From Geosiphon pyriformis uo1 (taxonomy: Eukaryota; Fungi; Glomeromycota), in contig JAAOMT010000349.1 in NCBI GenBank assembly GCA_016748015.1, positions 133,285 through 197,284 of the forward strand: a DNA stretch of 64,000 nt. Reading direction: 5' to 3'. The position numbers and the translations under genes were made by a program. Below the pieces are notes generated by a model. It was given only the letters and a program-made list of their open reading frames with translations. It was not told the DNA's origin and ran no database searches. This document shows, in pieces, positions 10,547 through 20,314 of the stretch. Numbering within the stretch: position 1 is the stretch's first letter; each line of letters starts with the position of its first letter.

Positions 10547-10548
10547 AA

Positions 10549-11532
10549 TGTTACTGGAGGTTTTTGGTCTCTTTTCTTGAATGTTGCTGATGTTGATTTG
10601 CTGTGAATTTACGTTTTTAGGAAGTAGTTGAACCTCCAATAACTGAATTTATCTTTAAATTATCTCCTATAATTTGAACTGCTGGGCTTATAAGTAGAAT
10701 GACCAATTCCGTGCCAGTTACTTTGTATAGTTACGTTGTAGTAAATGTCAACTCTTTCCCAGGAATTGCTCATCTGGAAGCTCACTAAAAATGTGTAGTT
10801 ACTTTGCTGTGAAAGTCAACTCTTCTACAGGAATTTTATCTGTAGACTACTCTAATGATTATAATAAAAAAAATAAAATAAAATAAAAGAAATGTAAAAG
10901 AAATAGAATTTTATCAAGAGAAACGTTTTTTTCTATCCAAGCCTGAAGTCACTAACAGTTTATTGAAATTGGTAGCTAATCAATTTCAAAACAGTTTATT
11001 AGGAATTTGTTAATTTTAAAAGGGAATAATTAAGGATTTGATTTTTTGAATTATTTAATATTTATTTTGTTTTTGTATGTAAAGGATGATTCTAATTATT
11101 AAATCTGAAGTAAGATATATTTTCTCGAAGAAAGAAGCTTTTCTTTTATACAACTTGTTGTAACACTATTCTATGAACTCAAACTTTGCTATTTTTCTAT
11201 GATTTCGCTGAACTAAAGATACATTTTGGCAAACTACAAGTTATTTCTGTGAACTATTAGATATTTTGGTGAACTATTAATTATTTCGGTAAATTTCTAC
11301 AAATTTTGGTGAACTTTTTGAATGTTACATAGTTCGGGGTATTGCATGATTGATCATTATAATTAGATTACATTTGTGTTATATACAAATTGGGTTATTA
11401 ATTAAATAATAATTTCAGACATTTTGCTAATGTAATAAGTGATAATTTGAAACAATAATATATGTTAATTAATGATGGAAATTATAAAAATAATTTCATG
11501 CTAAATAATATCTCTAATTTCATCTGGTAACA
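10549..11532 (-). repeat. 5' LTR of Gypsy A1
   Basis: Direct repeat of 1801-2785, followed on the minus strand by the PBS. Confidence 0.96.
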
Positions 11533-14500
11533 GCACAAACAAGATTAACAATATGATGACACTCCACCCAACAACTATTCCAAAAATCCAGATGCACTAA
11601 ACCCAATTCCGATCTGCAGGCATCTAACACGGCCTAACTATCCGAAAATAAGCAAACTTTGCTAACTGCAAGAATACACTCGAGAGCAAGTGCAATAGCT
11701 TGCAATTCTGCCAAAGTAGATGACAACAAATCCAATACCCTAATACTCAAACTCATATTAATATCATCAAAGAAAACCACCACACCCAATTTAACACTAA
11801 GAGTACTCAAACCAGCCAAGGATTCATTGGTATAAACTGAAAGGCTATTAGCATCTAATCCCAACAAACAATTACAAACCAAATCAAAATCAGTGGATTC
11901 CAAAACATTAGGAGCAAAAGAAACACCCACTAAACAGTTATGAACAGAAGAAGATGACTCCGCACTACCAAGATAACCAACAGAAACATTAAACCAATTA
12001 GGAATAGACCCACGTGGGTCCAGCCTTTTCCAATGCTTGAAAGTCTTCCAATCAAAAGCACCACCATTGCAATGACGCAATTGTTCCACAAAGGCAATTC
12101 CATACCGCCAAAGTGAGGAAAAACACTTAGAAAATTTCATCTTCCCAAGAACCAAAGACATGGGAGTACCATGGGAGAATTAGAATGCACTGGGGCCGAG
12201 ACTATTAAAAAACAAACTGCAATTGACAAAAATACAAACCACATCTGCTAGAAAATTGTTTGAAGGATTCAATTTTAAACAAGCTGGAAAGACCAAAGGG
12301 TGTACAAGATGCCAGCTAAGAGTCTATAAGTCATGAAACCTATGGAGAAACAAACAACCCAGGATTCCAACAGCATTGGCAAAACACATTACGAATACTG
12401 ATTTACTCTCAGCCTGAATCTGTTCAAACGTTTTTAAGCCATAAAGAAAGAAGTAATGAAAAGCATCATTGGAGAAGTCCGAAGGAAGACCTGCTTTGGA
12501 TTTGAATCCTTTACAAATCAAAGCATCCCATTTACAGCAAACACTAAGTAGAACAAAACTAAACTGCGTTCTATAACTGACAATGGAGTGAAAAACTGCT
12601 GAAACTAAATATGAGAACTGCTTATTAGAGATGGCCTTCTTCAGGATAAAATTGGTGAAAAACTGGACATCCAAATGCACCTTGGTCAAACTGGGCTTTG
12701 ACAAACTACCTGTAAACAGAAAAATGCCCAAATACCGGTAAGGTTCCCCTTTCTTGGCAATAGAAATAGGCACACTACTGATTGTCAGAAAGGGGCTCAC
12801 AATCTTACAGTTAATGGGAATTGCTACTGTTTTATTATTGTTTATTGAAATATCATTAATTCTAAAAAATTCACTAGCAACATTGAAAATATGTTGTGTT
12901 GCAGTCTGACTGCTGCTGACCCAAATTGTATTGTCCACAAAAACACCAGCAGCAAAAAAAGAGAAAAACCAGTCTGAGGTTCAACATGGCCAGTCTTAGC
13001 AACGAAATGAGAATTCAATCTATATCCACAAAATTTTTCTTGCCTCTTGACTTTACACAAAAGAGAATCATAAAATATATGCCAGAGAAAAAGTGAGAAC
13101 ACTTCTTCTTGATCAAGACCATCATGGACTTGATAACCATCAGTTAAGCCAAAGTCAGTCATTACTCTATTGACTCGATTACTGTGAATGCCACCGAAAA
13201 ATTGAATGAACCTGCCACACATTTTAATTCTAATCAAACTCTTTTTTAAATGCTCCCAGCCAACAGAATTATAGGCTTTCTTCATGTTCTGCAAAACCAG
13301 CCAAAGCTTACGGTTTTTCTCCAGAGCATTCTCAACCACCAAACTGACAGCAAAGATAGGAGACTGTGTCGTTGTACCCTTCAAAACCAAAAAATTGTCC
13401 CCACGGAAAACGTTGTGAGTACTGCATGCCAAAGAAATCCTGTCCAAGAAGATCTTTGAAAGGATCTTATGAGTGGTTTCAATCAAAGCAATGGGTTAGG
13501 TGTTCATAAAAACTCCCTCCCATTCATAAGGTTTGGAGATTATAGACATCCAGGCTTCCTTCCAAGAACCAGGAACTGACTCACAGAGTAAACAAGAGTT
13601 CAAGAGCACCAACAACATATTCAGAACTGATTCATCACAATGCTTTCAAAGCTCATTTGAAATACCAGACAAACTAGCAGCCTTATCATTAGGCAAATCC
13701 GAAACAACACCAAACAACTTAACAGAACTAATAGGGTCCATTATTCTCGAAAATACATTATCAAATACATACTCCAAGGGTTGGTACTGGTAACACCAGT
13801 CAGCAGAGATATCAGTGACCAATCCGTGTTTTCTGGTCCAGCCTTCCATGATAACATCCACCTTAGATTTAACCAAATCAGGCTCCAAGACCAACTCCCC
13901 ATCATCCACCAAATGATCCAACACCATTTTATGAAAAGAATGCTCCAAAACACTTCTAATGGTGTAACTCTTATCTACCTCAAAACTCTCTATTCTTCTC
14001 TTAATAGTCTGCCTTATACAAAATTTTCTAGCATGCTTAGATTCTAATAGCTTAGAAGAGCGCTAAGACTTCCTTGTCTTAGCCAGCCCAGAACGGATCG
14101 CATCAAAGCCAGCACCAGAAAGAAACAGAGCTTTCACTGATAAAGCATCCACAGAATTAAGTCTGTTCCAAGTATCCAACAACAAGGCAAAATCCCCACC
14201 AAAAACCAACCAAGAAGCCTTTACCAGTTTAGACACAAGTAGCTCAAGTCTATAAAACCAGGAAGCTACCTTATTAAAAACACAATTGAAACCCTTAAAC
14301 CATTTTTTCTTGAATGTTTCACCAGCCGAAAGAACCATAACCTTATGAACAATGTCCTATATTGCATCCAGATCAGAAAACTGCTTAGCTACAACATACT
14401 CATCTGAAAACATAACCACATTAGCAGCCGTAGCATTCCTGAATTCTGACCACTTAATCTTACTGGCATCTTTAATATCATACTTCCAACAATCTTTATT

Positions 14501-15244
14501 AGCTTGTTTGTACAGTGAATTCAGCTGGAAATTGAGCAGGCCATCCAGTCCCATAGAAACATAAACGGCCTTGTGATTAGTATCAAAATATTCCTCAATG
14601 CCATCCACACCACGATCCACCACCACACCAGCCAAATTAGAAGAAACAAACACATATTCGATTGTCTTAGTGATACCACAAGAATTGCACCAAGTAGATG
14701 ACTTTACAAAAGAGCTCCCTTTCAGAGAGTTAATTAAACCCAAATCAAAACATTTTTTAAAGCTGGCACATTTGTGCGAACCATTCTCATTAAAATTACC
14801 ACCAAGAATAACAAAGAAAAACTCATTAATGGCTTTAGCAATGAGAAAGTTGATCTCATCAGTCTGAAAAAACCAAGCCACCGATGAAGCACCAGCATAG
14901 AGCCCCAAAATAGACACCAAAAGTTTATTTTTGAAAAGCAACTTGATAGATAGGAGCTGACCAGACACCTCAGAGATCTTGCAGACATGCTTTGCTAAAG
15001 AAGAATTCACGACGATTAACACCCCAGCACCCAAAGAACCAGAATCCAGACCAAAAGCAAAAACTTGAATACCATCAAATTTGTTGGCTAACTATGAGCA
15101 AACTTTCCCTTTAAGCTTCGACTCCATAAAAATAAAAACCAAATTGTCTATATCCTTGTGCCAATGAATGACATCATCTTGCTTCACAGGATTGTTCAAT
15201 CCATGAACATTACACATAGCAATTTTCTATATCAGACCATTCAT
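11533..15244 (-). pseudogene. LINE L1 ORF2, N-terminal part (APE endonuclease, RT, RNase H)
   Basis: APE motifs CNVHGLN, GGNFN and TNHKAV. RT motifs IALIETTHKILSKI, GLDQEEVFS, FVDNT and YRYLGI. RNase H motifs VYTNES, AELQAI and FSDS. Confidence 0.92.
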
Positions 15245-17040
15245 TGAGAAATAGGGAGAGGAAAAGCACCACCTGCCAAAGCCAAACCATTCAAGTGCAC
15301 TGATAGACTCATGACCAAAGCAGAGAGACTTTCCAACATGTTTTCCAATTTCACAACCTCAGGTGAGGCAGTTGAACCAAGAACGGCAGCAGTCTTGTCA
15401 CTAGTGGCATCACCCAAACCCACTCCCATCACTATATCCTCCTCTTGATTCTGCAATGGGAGGGTCACTGGCAGCTGACGTCCAGGGCTAAGCTAGAAAA
15501 CTGCCAGCACAAATGAGTCCAACCTCTTAGCCAACTTACCAATTTGTCCCACGAGACTGACAAGACTGCTTTCAATATTCTTTAAATGATTTTCTAATTC
15601 ACTATTAACAGGCAGAAAAGGTTTACCATAAGATATAGAACCAGATTGAGCTGAACCACCAAAAAACACTATCAGAAGTAGTCTACCAACCACGGAAGCC
15701 CAAGTTTTTCCACCAAAAGCCAAGGGACAAGAAACGGGTGCAGACTTTTTTTCATATATCTTTGCCAGACGGAACTGATCCTGAGCTGAGAGAGGAGCTC
15801 TCTTGCTCCTAGGACTTGAAGACACACCAGTAGTATGACAAACGAGAGAAGTATGACTGAAAGTTTTGCAAATTGAGCACAATGCAGTGGTTAAATAAGA
15901 CCATCGGAGACTAACATCTTTTATAACAGGAGTGTTTGCCATTGTCTAAATAAGGCTACTCTCAGAATCGAAGCACACAGTGATACAGCATGCCCAGACA
16001 TAACTGACAGAACTGCACTCAATAACACATGTTTTCCCACCAACTGAACCAATGAAGTCCCAAAGATCATGAGCATTGGTGCCTATGGGAAGGATATAAA
16101 GCAAAGCCCTAAACTCATCTCTGGCATTTTATGTTTATTTGTCAACATTGGCCTGGGCCACACGCACCACATCTTTCCCAATAAGGATGGACCACTCAGC
16201 TGCCAAGAAATCAGCCTGAATTTAATCCTCCATTTCGATGACTACCTTTTGCCATAGTCCCACCAACTGCATCTTGATCAACTTAATAACTCCAAAATCA
16301 GAAATGGCTGCATGCACTGCCTCAATGAAAATTCCCACAGGAATTTTTTTCAACACAATTGCCCGATTCGTACGATTGTTGATGGAGTGCTTAAGATCAG
16401 TGTTTACTATAACACTATGATCATTTGCCAATTGTGCAACTGCCATCATCGCCTTTTTAGAAGTGAAAGATGCCCAAATGATTCCACCAAATTTTGAGAG
16501 GATGGAAGCCCCCCCAAAACCATTTACACTTGAAAAGATTTTTCTGACAAAATTGACTTTTTCCTGAGATGATTTACCAGCCACTGCTACAAGATCAATA
16601 TCTAAAGCAAAAAATTTGCAAACAGGCACTTGAACAGATGGCTTGACTGGAAAAGGAGGTGGGAGAAGAAGAAAATCATCCAACACATCATCTTCTGCAT
16701 TGACAGTATCATAGTCAATTACATCCAGTGGTTTCCTTAGCACCTTCTTGGTTTTCACACGCAAACCCTTTGGTGTCTGATCAGAATTCCCTCCTGTAAA
16801 AGTACCATTATCATCATAATCTACACTGGTTTCTTTAACCAAGCATTTTTCTTCCATGTCAATACTCTCAGATTCTGTAGTGTTACCAGTTTTAGAACCC
16901 CATGAATGAGTGCTGAGAGTTTTAACAGCAACCCTTTTATTATTAATACTTTCTTCCAACACACCACCCTTCTTTTTCTTCCTTGATGCAACAGCCTTAA
17001 AACCATTTTCAGAACCAGAAGCTTTAATGGTCTTCTTCAT
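15241..17040 (-). pseudogene. LINE L1 ORF1 (RRM-like repeats, CCHC knuckle, C-terminal coiled coil)
   Basis: Starts MKKTIK. RRM-like segment AIVLKKIPVG...FGVIKLIKM...WQKVVIE and knuckle CSICKTFSHTSLVC. Its TGA overlaps the ORF2 ATG. Confidence 0.88.
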
Positions 17041-17199
17041 AACAGCAATAACAGAGCCAACAGTGGCCTCGTAATTGAAAAATGGTTTTAATTTGTCATA
17101 CTGAATGGTAAAAAACTTCTTTCAAAAAAACTATAGACTCTTTTTCGGGAATTTTGAATGAAAAAGAAAAAAATTTTATTATTAAATATATATAATATA

Positions 17200-17773
17200 T
17201 TTTTTTTAATGAGTGAGGTCCAAACACGACCTAGTGTTATACATCATACAAATAATCTAAACTAGGTGCGAATTATGTGCTTTCTACACATGACCAGCCA
17301 CTCATACCTATATGTACAGAAACCAAATCTCCAATACCTAAAAAAAATGGACAAAACTTACGAAATCCGAAACCAACTCCAAAAGCCTCAGCCACTCCCA
17401 GCAATCTAACCACACCAGCTGAAAACACCATAGGCAAACCAGAAACAAAAGCAGGAGTAGAGCCATCATGTAGAATCAAACCGTGCTTTTCCATAAATGC
17501 TCAGTGTCTGGCATGGACCAACTAAATATCATCTCAAAATGCAAAACAGAACTCATGCACAAAGCTCACAATCTTTTTAGTACCCTCCTTAGAATTTTTA
17601 AAAACCAAGACCAATTCACAAAACCATTCATCGAAGACAAAGCCCTTATACAGAGCAACACCAACTCCAATTTCAGAAACACAAGAAGCCAAGACCTGTA
17701 AAACACATGAAGAATAGCGAGACAGACCAGAAAGAGCTTCCCAAGTTGAAGCATGAGTGCCCAACAAATGAGC
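17200..17773 (-). mobile_element. 5'-truncated LINE copy L2 (ORF2 C-terminus, 3' UTR, poly(A))
   Basis: MEKHGLILHDGSTP...GVVRLLG is homologous to the L1 and L3 C-termini. Poly(T) at 17200-17207. Confidence 0.9.
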
Positions 17774-18523
17774 TATATATAAAAAAAGCAATTATCAAAT
17801 ACAAAATAATAAAAAATATTAATTTAGATATTTAAGCACTTTTTATATATTAAAAAACATTATTTTAATTTAATAATATAAATTAAATATTTAAAATCAA
17901 TATTTTTTAATTAACAAATTTATTAAAATAATTTTTTATTAATTAAAATTAAAGTTAAAAATATTAATTATTAATAAAATTTTAAAATCTTTATTTTTTT
18001 AACTTTTTTTTAATTCTATATTTTTTAAAATTTATAGTGTTTTATTATTCAAATATATATACTAATATTAAAAATTTTATTATTGTAAATATAAAAACAG
18101 ATTTTAAAAGACAAATTTATTATTTATTTAAATATTTATATTTTTAAAACAATAAATTTATATTTTAATAGCATATATATTTTTAATTATTTAAAGTTTT
18201 ATTTAATATTTTAATATTTTTAAATATTTTTAAAAATAACAAAAATTTTTTAAAATTAATAATAAAATATAATTTTTAAAAAACAAATTATAAATAATAA
18301 TATAAATTAAAATAAAATTTAAAAAACTAAAATTTTAAAAGTTTAATAACTTTTTATTATTTAATATATAAAAAAAACAAAAAAAAACTTCTTTCTCTTG
18401 TTTATCTCAAATTCTCAGAAAGAGTCAAAAGTTTTTTTAAAAGAAGTTTTTTTCATCATTCAGTACAATAAAACCAAACTGTTTTTTGATTTCAAGGCTA
18501 CTGTTGGCCCTAGTATTGTTATC

Positions 18524-20314
18524 ATGAAGAAGATTGCTGAAAAGTCTGGTTTTGGTGGTGGTTTTAAGTCTGTTTTGTCAAGAAAGAAGAGAAAAAGTGT
18601 TGCTTTAGAAGAAAGTATTGGTGACAAAGAAGTTCCTACTAAGGTGTCTAGTGGTCGTTCTTGGAGTTCTAAGACTGATGACACTACAGAATCTGAGAGT
18701 ATCAATATAGAAGAAGAGTGTTTAGTGGAAGAAACTAGCTTTAACTATGGTGAGAGTGGCACTATCACTAATGGGAAGCATAATCAAACCCCTAAAGGAC
18801 CAGGCATCAAAACTAAAAAGGCTTTGGGCAAGCCATTAGGAAAGATAAACTTCTCAAATCTTGGTATTGATAATGATGTTCTCTTGGATGCCCCCTTAGA
18901 ACTTCCTCCTCTCTTGAAGAATTTGGTTCCTGTCTCTGTTAGAAAATTTTTTGCTCTAAATATCAGATTGGATAAAGTGGTTGGAAAATTCTTTTAAGAG
19001 AAGCTCATAGTAGTTAGAAGATTGTTTTTAAAAGTCAATGGTTTTGGAGGGGCTTCTACCCCCTCAAAATTTTCTGGAATCATCTATGCTTTATTCATTT
19101 CTGAAGTTAGCTTGGTGCAGGCTACAGAAAAGGCAAGAACAGCAAACATTTTAGTAAACGCTGATCTCAAGAAATCTATTGGTTGTTCAGATTGAACTGT
19201 GGTAATAAAAAAAATTCCAGTTGGTATATTGGCTGAGGCTGTGTATATTACACTATCCGAATTTGGAATAATTAAGTCAATCAAGATGCAATTGGTGGGG
19301 CTGTGGCAAAAAGCTGTGGTAAAATTTGAGCAATCAGATCAGGCTAATTTGGTTGCAACTGAGTGGTCTATCTTGATCAGGAAAGATGCCGTGCATGTTG
19401 TCAGGGCTGATCTAGACAAAAAATCGTGAGATAAGAGGGATTATCATAGAGCACTGTTCTATACATTGCCAATGGAAACTAATGCTCATGATATTTAGGA
19501 TTTTGTTTGATCTGTGGGTGGAAAAACTTGTATTATTGATTGCCATCCAGTTACATATGTTCAGGTCAGATGTGCTGTTGTTTGCTTCAATTTTGTTGAG
19601 TCTTTGAATGCTGCCATAAAAACTACACCAGTGCTTAGAGGCACTAATTTACATTGGTCTAGTCTTGTTTCTGCCAGATGTGCTAAGTGTGAGAAGTTAG
19701 GTTATACATTATTGAACTGTGCTGAGAGTAAGAAAATTTCTTCTGGTAGTTCATTCCATAGAGTGTTTTTGGATGCAGATAAAAGCAGGCTGGCTGCAAT
19801 ATATGTCAAATGATCTGCCCCAGTTGCTTATTCTGTTTTTTTTGGTGGCCTTTCTTGGGTGAAAGTTGCAAGTGGGTTTTCTTTTTCTCCTCTTTCTGGC
19901 CGAGTTGTTTTGGTAAATGTTGGCTCCTCTTCAAAGATGAAGCCATCCTTATTGGTTGCGACAGAAATCAATAATAGGTTTGTCACTCTTGAGTACAGTT
20001 TCACCAGTCTTGCAGAGCATGTTGACATGCTGACTAAGAAGTTGGAAACACTTGAGCCAATGGCTTCTCAGCTTAGCTCTAGATGTTAGCTGTTGGTGAC
20101 TCTTTCATCACAGAATCAAGGAACAGATATAGTGATGAGTGAAAGTTTGGGTGTGGCTGCTGGTGGTAAAACTGTTGCAGGGACAGTGGTTTTTGATTCT
20201 TCTGTTGTCAGAAAAATAGAAAATACTTTGAAAAATCTTGCAATTACAGTTATGGGCTTTTTGGCCAAAATAGACAATGCTGGTTTGGTTCCTGCTGTTT
20301 CCTTCTCTTAATGA
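18524..20314 (+). pseudogene. LINE L3 ORF1
   Basis: MKKIAEKSG..., VIKKIPVG...WQKAVVKF, and CAKCEKLGYTLLNC (knuckle with H>Y). Collinear with L1 ORF1. Confidence 0.88.

Larger units (their letters stand above)
4884..10547 (-). pseudogene. Gypsy A1 polyprotein frame: Gag-PR-Cys-rich-dUTPase-RT-RNase H
   Basis: ORF-track fragments starting at 10547, 10196, 9770, 9464, 8747, 8315, 8021, 7721, 6893, 6623, 6080 and 5207 are all in one frame and separated by point stops. Confidence 0.92.
1801..11532 (-). mobile_element. Full-length Ty3/Gypsy LTR retrotransposon A1 (9.7 kb, degenerate)
   Basis: Two ~985-bp LTRs with TGTTA...TAACA ends, PBS, PPT, and gag-PR-RT-RH-IN order. 4-bp TSD GCAC at 1797-1800 and 11533-11536. 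Removing the element restores the LINE frame (HHIVNLVCAKRLDISW). Confidence 0.97.
687..17173 (-). mobile_element. Near full-length LINE copy L1 (ORF1 plus APE-RT-RNase H-Zn ORF2), interrupted by Gypsy A1
   Basis: Poly(T) at 687-696 is the poly(A) tail. The 5' UTR is homologous to that of L3. ORF fragments are collinear with L3. A candidate TSD TATTATTAAA sits at 677-686 and 17177-17186 but is low complexity. Confidence 0.93.

Noticed and set aside
4884-15244. Alternative genetic code or programmed readthrough explaining the many in-frame stops
   Set aside because: Stops fall at different positions in different copies and fit CAA, CAG, CGA or TGG transitions. The RH-IN stop is the shared one reported as a finding.
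17790-18387. Extremely AT-rich spacer as a bidirectional promoter, origin or centromere core
   Set aside because: No motif or periodicity I can support. It is probably fully decayed repeat.
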